NCBI GenBank assembly: GCA_943328795.2
Contig: CALQBK020000001.1
Coordinates: 17,200-81,199, forward strand
Reading direction: 5' to 3'
DNA length: 64,000 bases
Origin: Bifidobacterium breve
GTDB lineage: Bacteria; Myxococcota_A; UBA796; SXON01
Part shown: positions 26,001 to 33,743 of the stretch, piece after piece
Numbering within the stretch: position 1 is the first letter of the stretch
Layout: the number at the start of each line of letters is the position of its first letter
Made by a program: the position numbers and the translations under genes
Notes under the pieces: generated by a model
Databases searched by the model: none
The model's input: the letters and a program-made list of their open reading frames with translations, nothing else
What the model was told of the DNA's origin: nothing

Positions 26001-27531
26001 GGGCGTGCCGGAGACGTGGTACGACGGCGTCGACTCCAACTGCGACGGCGCCGACGACTACGACCAGGACGGCGACGGGCACGACGTCCTGACGCACGCC
26101 GGCGACGACTGTGATGACACCGCGTCGTCCGTGTACCCCGGGCACGCCGAGGCTTGGTACGACGGCATTGACTCGGACTGCGACGGCGGCAGCGACTACG
26201 ACGCCGACGGAGACGGGCATGACTCGGTGACGTACGGCGGCGACGACTGCGACGACGCGAGCGCCACGGTGTACCCGGGCGCCCCCGAGATCTCCTACGA
26301 CGGCATCGACAACGACTGCGCCGGCGGCAGCGACAGCGACGCCGACGGGGACGGCCACGACTCCGCAGACTACGGCGGGGACGACTGCGACGACGCCAAC
26401 TCCGCCGTGTACGACGGCGCGCCGGACACCGCCTACGACGGCGTCGACAGCGACTGCTCCGGCGGCTCGGACTTCGACGCTGACGGGGACGGCCACGACA
26501 GCGATGACTGGGGCGGCGACGACTGCGCGGACGACGACACGACGGTGTACGGCGGGGCAGCGGACGCGTGGTACGACGGCGTCGACTCCAACTGTGACGA
26601 GGCCAGCGACTACGACGCGGACGCCGACGGTCACGATGCCGCCGGCTATGGCGGGGACGACTGCGACGACGCGGACGGCGACGTGTACCCCGGCGCCGAC
26701 GACACCTGGTACGACGGCGTCGACTCCAACTGCGACGAAGCGAGCGACTACGACGCGGACGCCGACGGCTACGACGTAGATTCCTGGGGGGGCGACGACT
26801 GCGACGACGGGGACAGCGACATCCACCCGGACGCCGCCGAGACCGCTGACGGAACGGACGAGGACTGCGACGGCGTGATCGACGACGGCACAGCGGCCTA
26901 CGACGACGACGGCGACGGGTTCAGCGAGGACGCCGGCGACTGCGACGACGCCCAGGACACGGTGTACCCGGGCGCCGCCGAGACCGGTGACGGGCTCGAC
27001 AACGACTGCGACGACCTCATCGACGAGGGCACCGAGCTCTCGGACCTCGACGGGGACGGCGTGACCGACGCCGACGAGGCCGCGGTCGGCACCGACCCGC
27101 AAGACGCCGACACCGACGGCGACGGGCGCTCGGACGGCGAGGAGGTCGGGGACCCGGCGGCGCCGAACGACACCGACGGCGACGGCATCATCGACCCGCT
27201 GGACACGGATGACGACGGCGACGGGATCTCGACCACCGACGAGGACTCGGTGGACGTGGACGGCGACGGCACGCCGGACACCGACGTGGACGGGGACGGC
27301 GTCGACAACGCGCTCGACACCGACTCGGACGACGACGGCGTGTCCGACGCTGACGAGGGGACCGGCGACAGCGACGGGGACACTGTCCCCGACTACCTGG
27401 ACGCGTCGGGCGACCTGAAGGGCGGGGGCGCCGGCTGCGGGTGCGCGTCTGCGGCGGGCGGCGACGACGCCGCGTTCGCCTCGTTGTTCGTGGGCCTCGG
27501 CGCCGTGCTGCTCCGCCGCCGCCGGGCCTGA
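23017..27531 (+). CDS. Giant cell-surface protein: Pmp-like parallel beta-helix, 13 MopE-like Cys/Asp metal-binding repeats, TSP3-like Ca-binding repeats, MYXO-CTERM sorting tail
   Basis: The ATG at 23017 has GGAG 8 nt upstream (track ORF starts at GTG 22984). Signal peptide MSRLLPASLRVGLLLGIGVIGTTARA. Many GGA[IV]Y...F..N repeats. Thirteen copies of D.DGDGY...DCDD....V.PGA.[DE].WYDGVD.[ND]CDG. DxDxDGxxDxxD repeats. The C-terminus GGGAGCGCASAAGGDDAAFASLFVGLGAVLLRRRRA is a MYXO-CTERM-type tail. Confidence 0.9.
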   Translation: MSRLLPASLRVGLLLGIGVIGTTARAGSFTVDKSGSGDYTSIQAAINASSSGDVITVNAGTYYEYVSFGGKNVTVQSASGSASTIISAPGSTSAAVTFSSSETASAVLDGFTVTNPSSGGRGIRISSASPTIRNSKLSLNGTAYSGSGGGAYISGGSPTFDTVTFSDNQAYYGGDVYVDTYGAPTFQSCTFSSSQAYYGAGIYASYGYPEVYDSEVSGEYSAYYGAFLYGTYSAIVLDTVNVHDNYGYYGHGGAVYIENYSTLNVVDSDFTGNYAQAYGSGYAGGAIYTYNHSDLTVAGSTFSSNYNYYGGAIYGNHYGTFTITDSTFSDNYAIQGAGIYVSDNMTLNTSNDTFDTNHAAYYGGGLFIYNTSTWTDAGSTFDSNYTTSYYGGAVYSDYYVHHTWDGTVFSNNTSGSHGGAAYIYRNVYDVTMTDVTMTDNTAAGSGGGVYFDSAYNVSITSSTFTGNASTGGTGGALRWDYASAYVYDLSVQTSVFDQNTACYWGGGIYMHAPETFTADESVFTRNQANTCGSGYHGGALAVYGSHNTVITNNLFHDNSAYYGGAVYQYANSTADTMRNNVFTENYASYSGGAVYETSVSVLGIVNNTFAGNEAYYYGGHLFQASSYGDIVNNIFYLAIDGGGVYADDSTSASTTYTDFYYNDVYGNSGGDYAGSYSSHTGTSGNISADPALGAYSIDGNEDNDDFTLNTGSPCLNTGSPSLFDTDGSRSDMGAYGGAGAIIPDVDGDGYSTPEDCDDSAASVYPGAPEVAYDGVDQDCDGSDLVDADSDGYDATSAGGTDCDDTSSAVHPGAADAWYDGVDSNCDGASDYDKDADGYTSASYGGTDCDDASASVHPGATDAWYDGVDSNCDGADDYDKDADGYTSSSYGGTDCDDASASTHPGAADAWYDGVDSNCDGANDNDADGDGHASDAHGGDDCNDAVATTYPGAADAWYDGVDSNCDGADDYDQDGDGYTSTASGGDDCADTNSAIHPGVPETWYDGVDSNCDGADDYDQDGDGHDVLTHAGDDCDDTASSVYPGHAEAWYDGIDSDCDGGSDYDADGDGHDSVTYGGDDCDDASATVYPGAPEISYDGIDNDCAGGSDSDADGDGHDSADYGGDDCDDANSAVYDGAPDTAYDGVDSDCSGGSDFDADGDGHDSDDWGGDDCADDDTTVYGGAADAWYDGVDSNCDEASDYDADADGHDAAGYGGDDCDDADGDVYPGADDTWYDGVDSNCDEASDYDADADGYDVDSWGGDDCDDGDSDIHPDAAETADGTDEDCDGVIDDGTAAYDDDGDGFSEDAGDCDDAQDTVYPGAAETGDGLDNDCDDLIDEGTELSDLDGDGVTDADEAAVGTDPQDADTDGDGRSDGEEVGDPAAPNDTDGDGIIDPLDTDDDGDGISTTDEDSVDVDGDGTPDTDVDGDGVDNALDTDSDDDGVSDADEGTGDSDGDTVPDYLDASGDLKGGGAGCGCASAAGGDDAAFASLFVGLGAVLLRRRRA
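23455..24950 (+). repeat. Degenerate coding repeats: polymorphic-membrane-protein-like beta-helix rungs
   Basis: Recurrent YYGG[AD][IV]Y....S.[LF].[IV]..[ST].F..N units throughout this part of the giant CDS. The repeats are at protein level and divergent at DNA level. Confidence 0.7.
25246..27015 (+). repeat. Thirteen tandem coding repeats (about 120-140 nt each) encoding MopE-like putative metal-binding motifs
   Basis: Near-identical DNA blocks such as gacgcttggtacgacggcgtcgactccaactgtgacggcgc recur at 25458, 25596, 25737, 25872 and similar positions. Each unit encodes ...DCDD...PGA.DAWYDGVDSNCDG. Confidence 0.9.
27043..27402 (+). repeat. Thrombospondin type 3-like calcium-binding repeats (coding)
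   Basis: DLDGDGVTDADE, DTDGDGRSDGEE, DTDGDGIIDPLD, DDDGDGISTTDED, DVDGDGTPDTD, VDGDGVDNALD, DSDDDGVSDADE, DSDGDTVPDYLD. Confidence 0.8.
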
Positions 27532-27534
27532 CGG

Positions 27535-29163
27535 ATGCCCTTGACGTTGCTCGCGTGGCTCCTCGCCACCCCAGGGGCGCTCGCCGCGGACGTTGGCGGG
27601 CTCGACGCCCACGGCTTCTCGGTCGCTGGGCACCAGGGCAACCCGCTTGGGTACCTGGAGCTCGCTTACCCCGCGGCGGGGTGGAAGGGCGCGTGGGACG
27701 TCGGCGTGGTGTTCGACTACTCCGACGATCCGCTCGTCGAGCAGATCGGAGACGAGCTCAAGCCGGTGCTCGACTCGGTGCTCGCGGCCAACGTGGTCGG
27801 CGGCGTGTCGATCCTGGGGTACGCGCGGGTGGACATCGCGCTGCCGGTCTACCCGCTCGCGATCGACCAGCTGGGGACGTTCTCGGGGCTCGGCGACCTG
27901 CGGCTGGACGGCACGGTCCCGCTGCTCACGGTCAAGGGGCTCCGGCCTGGCGTCGCGGTCGTGCCCGCGGTGTGGGCGCCAACGGGCACCGAGAAGCGCT
28001 ACCTGGGTGACGCCGGGTTCGGGTTCGGTGCGACGCTCGCGGTCGCGCAAGAGCTCGGTGCGATCGGCTGGGACCTGAACGTCGGCGGCCGGTTCGGGCC
28101 CGAGACGGACGTACGCAACGTGAAATGGGGGACGGGGCTGCTCGCCGGGGTCGGCGTCCACTACGCGTTCGACGACGTGGGGTCGATCGGCGTCGAGGCG
28201 CACGCTACGCCGTCGTACGGCTTCTCCGGCGCGCAGTTCCCGCTCGAGGTGCTCGGGCACGCGCGGTATCGGTTGCCGCTGGGCTTGTACGCGGACGTTG
28301 GCGGCGGCGGCGGCGTGACCAGCGGGATCGGGGCGTCGCGCTACCGCCTCGTCGTCGGTCTCGGCTACTCCGCGCTGGGCACCCCGCCCGTGGTGGACGT
28401 GGACGGCGACGGCTTGCTCGGGAAGGCGGACGCTTGCCCCGACAAGGCCGAGGACGTCGACCGGTTCCAGGACGAGGACGGCTGCCCGGACCTGGACAAC
28501 GACGGCGACGGCTTCGTCGACGCGAAGGACTCCTGCCCGGACGAGCGGGAGGACATCGACGGGGTGAACGACGGCGACGGCTGCGCGGAGGCCGACGGGG
28601 ACCAGGACGGCGTCCCGGATGGGTCGGACCAGTGCCCGAACGACCCCGAGGACCTGGACGGCAACGCGGACACCGATGGGTGCGAGGAGATCGACGCGGA
28701 CACGGACGCCGACGGCGTGCCCGACTACCGCGACCAGTGCCCGGCCGAGCCGATCCGCAAGGGGCAGAACCCCAAGACGTCCGACGGCTGCCCGCGCCTG
28801 GCGGAGATCACCGGCGACAAGATCGTGATCACCGACAAGATCTTCTTCGCCGAGGGGAAGTCGGTGCTGCTGCCGACCTCGACGCCCGTGCTGACCGCCG
28901 TTGCGCAGGTGCTGAAGGAGCACCCGGAGGTGAAGGACCTGTTGATCGAGGGCCACACCGACGACGTCGGGAACGACGAGGCGAACTACACGCTGAGCGA
29001 AGACCGCGCACGGTCGGTGATGGCGTGGTTGATCGCCAACGGCGTCGACCGCAACCGGCTCGCCGCGAAGGGCTACGGCGAGACCAAGCCCCTCGCACCG
29101 AACGACTCGGACGAGAGCCGGGCGAAGAACAGGCGGGTCGAGTTCACCATCGTCACGCGGTAG
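27535..29163 (+). CDS. OmpA-family outer-membrane protein with N-terminal beta-barrel-like domain and TSP3 repeats
   Basis: The ATG lies 3 nt after the giant gene stop. Signal peptide MPLTLLAWLLATPGALAA. TSP3-like repeats (DVDGDGLLGKADACPD, DNDGDGFVDAKDSCPD, DGDQDGVPDGSDQCPN, DTDADGVPDYRDQCP). OmpA_C domain (IFFAEGKSVLLPTS...IEGHTDDVGNDEANYTLSEDRARSVMAWL...NRRVEFTIV). Confidence 0.9.
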   Translation: MPLTLLAWLLATPGALAADVGGLDAHGFSVAGHQGNPLGYLELAYPAAGWKGAWDVGVVFDYSDDPLVEQIGDELKPVLDSVLAANVVGGVSILGYARVDIALPVYPLAIDQLGTFSGLGDLRLDGTVPLLTVKGLRPGVAVVPAVWAPTGTEKRYLGDAGFGFGATLAVAQELGAIGWDLNVGGRFGPETDVRNVKWGTGLLAGVGVHYAFDDVGSIGVEAHATPSYGFSGAQFPLEVLGHARYRLPLGLYADVGGGGGVTSGIGASRYRLVVGLGYSALGTPPVVDVDGDGLLGKADACPDKAEDVDRFQDEDGCPDLDNDGDGFVDAKDSCPDEREDIDGVNDGDGCAEADGDQDGVPDGSDQCPNDPEDLDGNADTDGCEEIDADTDADGVPDYRDQCPAEPIRKGQNPKTSDGCPRLAEITGDKIVITDKIFFAEGKSVLLPTSTPVLTAVAQVLKEHPEVKDLLIEGHTDDVGNDEANYTLSEDRARSVMAWLIANGVDRNRLAAKGYGETKPLAPNDSDESRAKNRRVEFTIVTR

Positions 29164-29189
29164 CCACCGGGCGCCGGATACGAGGCGGC

Positions 29190-30101
29190 ATGCGCGCCGT
29201 CGTCCTCGGTCCCTCTGGCCCCGCCTCCGTCGAGATGCCCTTCACGCCGCGGGCGGGCGAAGCTACGGTGCGCGTGCGGCTCGCGGGCGTCTGCGCGACC
29301 GATCTCGAGCTGGTGAAGGGGTACATGGGGTTCTCCGGCGTGCTCGGCCACGAGTTCGTCGGAGAGGTGGAAGACGGCCCGCTTGAGTGGCGCGGCAAGC
29401 GGGTGGTCGCCGACATCAACGCGGCGTGCGGACAGTGCGAGGCCTGCCGCGCGGGGCGGGGATCCCACTGCCCGAGTCGAACGGTGCTCGGGATCGTGAA
29501 CCGGGACGGCGCGTTCGCGGAGCGGGTGTCCATCCCGGTGGCGAACCTCCACGCGGTCCCGGGCAGCGTGGACGACCGCGCCGCCGTGTTCGTAGAGCCG
29601 CTTGCGGCGGCCCTGCGCATCGTGGAGCAGGTCCACGTCGCGCCCTCCGACCGGGTGATCGTGCTCGGCCCCGGCAGGCTGGGTCAGCTCTGCGCGCGGG
29701 TGCTCGCGCTCACCGGCGCCCGGGTGCAGGTGATCGGCCGGGCGGAGCGGCTCGCGCGCCTGCCGCGGGGGATCGAGCACGGAGGGGAGCCCGGGGCGGA
29801 CCTCGTGGTGGACTGCACGGGCAGCGCGCAGGGGCTTGGGAAGGCCGTCGCGCTGGTGCGGCCGGGCGGCACCGTGGTGCTCAAGACCACGGTGCACGAC
29901 CTCGCGGGGTTCGAGCCGAACCGGCTCGTGATCGACGAGGTCCGAGTCGTTGGCAGCCGGTGCGGCCCGTTCGAGCCCGCGCTCAGGCTGCTGGCGAGCG
30001 GGGTGGTCGATCCGACGCCGCTGATCGACGCGGACCTGCCGCTCGGCGTCGAGGCCCTGCACGCCGCTGTTGGCGCGATGAAGGTCGTGATGCGGCCCTG
30101 A
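29190..30101 (+). CDS. Zinc-dependent alcohol dehydrogenase / MDR-family oxidoreductase
   Basis: ATG at 29190 within the longer track ORF 28125..30101. Motifs GVCATDLE, GHEFVGEV, the structural Zn Cys cluster CGQCEACRAGRGSHC, and the Rossmann motif VLGPGRLG. Confidence 0.9.
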   Translation: MRAVVLGPSGPASVEMPFTPRAGEATVRVRLAGVCATDLELVKGYMGFSGVLGHEFVGEVEDGPLEWRGKRVVADINAACGQCEACRAGRGSHCPSRTVLGIVNRDGAFAERVSIPVANLHAVPGSVDDRAAVFVEPLAAALRIVEQVHVAPSDRVIVLGPGRLGQLCARVLALTGARVQVIGRAERLARLPRGIEHGGEPGADLVVDCTGSAQGLGKAVALVRPGGTVVLKTTVHDLAGFEPNRLVIDEVRVVGSRCGPFEPALRLLASGVVDPTPLIDADLPLGVEALHAAVGAMKVVMRP

Positions 30102-30142
30102 CCCGCCTGACGTAGCCGGTTGAAACCGTATAGGATTGGCGG

Positions 30143-30469
30143 ATGGAAGCACAGACCGAATCGACGTCTCCCGGCTGCCTGATGCCCATCGCCTGGCTGC
30201 TCGTCAGCGGCCTGGTCACGATCGTCTGTGTCGCCGCGGTCGGGGCGAGCGGGGCCGGCTCGGAGTCCGCCGGGGTCTCCGCGGCCTACGCGGCGGCTGG
30301 CCCCATCGGCTTTGCGTGGGGTGGGGCGCTCGCGGCGCTGATCACGCACTTCACGGCGAAGTCCGCGGGCGCGCGCATCGGCGTGCCGCTTGGCTGCGGC
30401 TGCGTCGGCGCGATCGGCATGGTGCTCACCGTCTTCGTGTTCTTCGCCGCGATCTTCCCGGCCCTGTAG
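30143..30469 (+). CDS. Small integral membrane protein (108 aa)
   Basis: Three hydrophobic segments (IAWLLVSGLVTIVCVAAVGA; GPIGFAWGGALAALITHF; GCGCVGAIGMVLTVFVFFAAIF). High GC3. Confidence 0.6.
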   Translation: MEAQTESTSPGCLMPIAWLLVSGLVTIVCVAAVGASGAGSESAGVSAAYAAAGPIGFAWGGALAALITHFTAKSAGARIGVPLGCGCVGAIGMVLTVFVFFAAIFPAL

Positions 30470-30508
30470 CGGCCAGCACGTCGCGCCGGCGCCCGCCCAG
30501 CACGCTCG

Positions 30509-32659
30509 CTACCGCGGGGTCAGCTTCGCCGGCAGCGGCAAGCTGCGGATCCGCTGGCCGGTGGCGGCGAAGATCGCGTTGCACACCGCGGGGGCGATCG
30601 GGGGCAGCGCGGGCTCTCCCACCCCGCCCGGGTCGTCCAGCGCGCCCTCGAGCACCTCGACCTCGACCAGCGGCATCTGCGCGAGCTTCAGCAGCGGGTA
30701 CGCGTAGAAGTTCGGGACCGCAGACGCGCCGCCCTTGATGGACAAGCGCTCGCCGAACATCGCGGAGAGGCCCATCCCGAGCGCGCCCTCGGCCTGCGCG
30801 CGGATGATCCCACGGTGGATGCAGCGCCCGCAGTCGAACGCCACCCACGCGCGGTCGACGTGCAGCTGGTCGCCGACGACGCGCACCTCCGCGACCTCCG
30901 CGACGATCGACCCGAAGCTCTCGACTACCGCGATGCCGAGGTGACGCCCGTCTCGGTGCGCCCAGTCAGCCATCTCCGCGACCTTCGCGACGGCCGCGTA
31001 GTGCCTCGGCGAGTCTGCGAGGTGGTCGAGCCGGAACTGCACCGGGTCCTTGCCCGCCAGCTGCGCGAGCTCGTCGAGGAAGCACTCGCGGAAGAACCCA
31101 TTGTGGCTGGCGCTGACCGAGCGCCAGAACCCCGTCGGGATCGGGAGGTCCAGGCGGCTGTACTCGAGGTGCTGGTTCGGGACCGTGTACGGCAGGTCGT
31201 AGAAGTTCTCGCCGGTGAAGAACCCGAAGGGAACGGGGTCGAGGAAAAACGGCAGGAATCGCGTCAAGATGTTCGGCCCGCAGAGCCGGACGTTCAGCCG
31301 CTGGAGCTTGCCATCCGCGACGCTCCCTTCGAGGCTCGCGGCAAACGCGGGCCGGTAGTACCCGTGAGCGAAGTCCTCTTCCCGGGTCCAGGTGACCTTG
31401 ACGGGCTTGCCCAGCGCTTCGGAGACCTGGCACGCCTCCACGACGAAGTCCACCTCGGACTTGCGGCCGAGCCCGCCGCCGAGCATCGTCGTGTGAAGCC
31501 GAATTCGGTCGCGCGGCACCCCGAGCACCCGGGACACCGCGGCCTCGGTGAACCCCTGCGCCTGCGTCGGCGCCCAGATCTCCACCTCGCCGTCATGCAC
31601 GTGCGCGGTCGCGGTGAGCGGCTCCATCGTCGCGTGGTGCAGGTACGGGACCTCGTACACCTCGCTTAAGGTGGTGTAGACGGCGGGCTCCTTCCCGTGG
31701 ACGTCCTTGCAGGTCTGACCGGGCTTCTCCAGCCCCGCGCGCAGCGCCGCCGAGACGGCGGCGTCGTCCAGGTCGGGGCGCCCGCCCTCCCAGGTGGCCA
31801 CCACCGAAGCGATCGCCAGCCGAGCTTGCCAAAACGTCTCCGCGACCACCACCACGAAGTCGGTGGTGTGCCCCTTGGCGGAGCCCTTGAAGGACAAGAC
31901 GTCGATCACCCCGGGCATCTTTCGGGCCTCGGCGTCGTCCACGCGCACGAGCTTCGCCCCGAACACCGGGCTGTGCAGCACGGTCGCCTGCAGGGCGCCG
32001 GGCACCATGACGTCGATCCCGAACACGGCGGTGCCGTTGGTCTTCGCGGGGATGTCCAGCCGGGGCGGCTCCGTGCCGACCAGCCGCCACTGGGCGCGAG
32101 GCTTCGGCGCCGCGTCCGGCACCTTCAGCGCTGCAGCCTCGACCGCCAGCTCGCCGTAGCTCGCGGAGCGCGCGCCACACGTCACCCGGCCCGACGCCGT
32201 CGCGCAGTCTACGGCGGGCACCCCCCACCGCTGAGCGGCCGCCTGCACGAGCATCGCCCTCGCTGTCGCCCCGGCGATCGCCATCGGCGTCCACCATCCG
32301 CGTACGCTGCCGCTCCCGGCCGTCAGCTGCTGCTTTCCCAGGTCCCCCGGGTGCGCGTACGCCGTGCTGTTCGGCGCCATCTCGACCCGAACGGCGGCGA
32401 GGTCCAGGTCCAGCTCCTCGGCGAGGATCATCGGCAGCGACGTGTGCACGCCCTGGCCCATCTCGGAGGCTGGGACCCGCAGCGTGACGACCCCGCCCGG
32501 ATCGATGCAGACGTAGGCGCCGAGCCACTCGCCGTCGGGCCCGCGGTCCGTGCTGGCGCCGGGGTTGTACTCGATGAGCTCGGGGGAGGTCGGGAACGCA
32601 AAGCCGAGCAGCAGGCCACCTGCCGACTTGAGCAGGTCCCGGCGGGAGAGGTTGATCAT
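30509..32659 (-). CDS. Molybdopterin-dependent aldehyde oxidase/xanthine dehydrogenase-family large subunit (IorB-like), Tat-exported
   Basis: The ATG at 32659 gives a twin-arginine signal (MINLSRRDLLKSAGGLLLGFAF) and overlaps the small-subunit stop (ATGA). The molybdopterin-binding family signature runs along the full length. Confidence 0.9.
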   Translation of the reverse strand: MINLSRRDLLKSAGGLLLGFAFPTSPELIEYNPGASTDRGPDGEWLGAYVCIDPGGVVTLRVPASEMGQGVHTSLPMILAEELDLDLAAVRVEMAPNSTAYAHPGDLGKQQLTAGSGSVRGWWTPMAIAGATARAMLVQAAAQRWGVPAVDCATASGRVTCGARSASYGELAVEAAALKVPDAAPKPRAQWRLVGTEPPRLDIPAKTNGTAVFGIDVMVPGALQATVLHSPVFGAKLVRVDDAEARKMPGVIDVLSFKGSAKGHTTDFVVVVAETFWQARLAIASVVATWEGGRPDLDDAAVSAALRAGLEKPGQTCKDVHGKEPAVYTTLSEVYEVPYLHHATMEPLTATAHVHDGEVEIWAPTQAQGFTEAAVSRVLGVPRDRIRLHTTMLGGGLGRKSEVDFVVEACQVSEALGKPVKVTWTREEDFAHGYYRPAFAASLEGSVADGKLQRLNVRLCGPNILTRFLPFFLDPVPFGFFTGENFYDLPYTVPNQHLEYSRLDLPIPTGFWRSVSASHNGFFRECFLDELAQLAGKDPVQFRLDHLADSPRHYAAVAKVAEMADWAHRDGRHLGIAVVESFGSIVAEVAEVRVVGDQLHVDRAWVAFDCGRCIHRGIIRAQAEGALGMGLSAMFGERLSIKGGASAVPNFYAYPLLKLAQMPLVEVEVLEGALDDPGGVGEPALPPIAPAVCNAIFAATGQRIRSLPLPAKLTPR

Positions 32660-33153
32660 GGCGTGCTCCCGGGGATCGCCGACCACGGGGGCGCGGCCTC
32701 GTCGTCGGCCGGACAGGGCAATCCGTTCGAGCAGCGCCGGATCGCCTTCTTGATACGCGCGTAGGTCGCGCAGCGACACAGGTTGGTCATCCACTCCGCG
32801 ACCTCACCCTCGGACGGTTGAGGGTTCTGATCCAGCAGCGCGGCGGCGGCCATGATCTGCCCGCTCTGGCAGTACCCACACTGCGGGACTTGCTCGGCGA
32901 CCCAGGCGGCCTGCACCGGGTGGTCAAGCCCTTCGATGGTGGTGACCGCGCGGCCCTCGACCCCGCTGACCGCCGTGATGCACGAGCGGGTCGGTCTTCC
33001 GTCCAGGTGCACGGTGCACGCCCCGCACTGGCCGACGCCGCAGCCGTACTTCGTGCCCCGCAGCGCGAGCTGCTCCCGGAGCACCCAGAGGAGCGGCGTG
33101 TCGGGGTCCACGTTGACGGAGACGGCCTTGGAGTTGAGCGTAAACGTCGGCAT
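32656..33153 (-). CDS. (2Fe-2S)-binding small subunit of aldehyde oxidase-type oxidoreductase (IorA-like)
   Basis: Two [2Fe-2S] Cys clusters: GCGVGQCGACTV and CGYCQSGQIM...CRC. Confidence 0.95.
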   Translation of the reverse strand: MPTFTLNSKAVSVNVDPDTPLLWVLREQLALRGTKYGCGVGQCGACTVHLDGRPTRSCITAVSGVEGRAVTTIEGLDHPVQAAWVAEQVPQCGYCQSGQIMAAAALLDQNPQPSEGEVAEWMTNLCRCATYARIKKAIRRCSNGLPCPADDEAAPPWSAIPGSTP

Positions 33154-33250
33154 TGGCGCCGTCTATGCCCAGACCTCGTGGCGAGCGGCCGCGCCACGCC
33201 TTTCCACGCAGGCCGACGGTGTGTACAGGATCGTACCCCTGGAGCTCCTC

Positions 33251-33712
33251 GTGGACATCGGAATCGAGTCAACCTCTCGCGCGCAGATCGTCGACGGACT
33301 GTCCCACTTCCTCGCCGACACCTACACGCTCTACCTGAAGACCCACCACTTCCACTGGAACGTGACCGGCCCCCAGTTCAACGACCTGCACGCCATGTTC
33401 ATGGTCCAGTACACCGAGCTCTGGACCGCGGTGGACCTGGTCGCCGAGCGCATCCGCTCGCTCGACGCCCCGGCGCCCGGCACGTACCGGGAGTTCGCGG
33501 CCCTCACCAGCATCCCCGAGACGGAAGGCGTCCCGAAGGCGATGGACATGGTGCGCCAGGTGAAGGAGGGGCACGAGGCCTGCTGCCGGACGATCCGGCG
33601 GGTGTTCCCGCTTGCGGAGGCCGCAGGGGACCAGGGCACGGTCGACCTGCTCACGCAGAGGCTGGTGCTCCACGAGAAGACCGCGTGGATGCTCCGCAGC
33701 CTGCTGGCCTGA
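33251..33712 (+). CDS. dps: Dps-family DNA starvation/stationary-phase protection protein (ferritin-like)
   Basis: The GTG at 33251 has GGAG 6 nt upstream. Motifs LADTYTLYLKTHHFHWNVTGPQFNDLHAMF and AERIRSLDAPAPGT. The 5' part of the track ORF (from 32852) is antisense to iorA. Confidence 0.9.
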   Translation: MDIGIESTSRAQIVDGLSHFLADTYTLYLKTHHFHWNVTGPQFNDLHAMFMVQYTELWTAVDLVAERIRSLDAPAPGTYREFAALTSIPETEGVPKAMDMVRQVKEGHEACCRTIRRVFPLAEAAGDQGTVDLLTQRLVLHEKTAWMLRSLLA

Positions 33713-33719
33713 TGCCGTC

Positions 33720-33743
33720 GTAGCGCGAGAGCAGTTGCGCTAC
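33720..33743. terminator. Possible bidirectional stem-loop between convergent dps and a mini-ORF
   Basis: GTAGCGC (33720-33726) and GCGCTAC (33737-33743) form a 7-bp inverted repeat with a 10-nt loop, 8 nt after the dps stop. There is no clear U-tract. Confidence 0.3.

Noticed and set aside
25246-27015. A regular ~120-140-nt repeat array that could superficially resemble a CRISPR or satellite array
   Set aside because: The repeats are in frame inside a CDS and encode a conserved Cys/Asp module. There are no unique spacers of constant length, no leader and no cas genes in the window.
23512-28956. 1814-aa ORF on the minus strand, the longest ORF in the track
   Set aside because: It is exactly antisense to the giant adhesin and OmpA genes. 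Its product is a monotonous Val/Arg/Ala/Gly/His string produced by reading GAC/GGC/GCC-rich codons backwards. It has no motifs and no start context. The sense strand has clear signal peptides, domain repeats and sorting signals.
30483-30492. Perfect 10-nt palindrome GCGCCGGCGC between convergent genes (30469/30509) as a terminator
   Set aside because: The palindrome leaves no loop and there is no U-tract. Such GC palindromes are common by chance at this composition.
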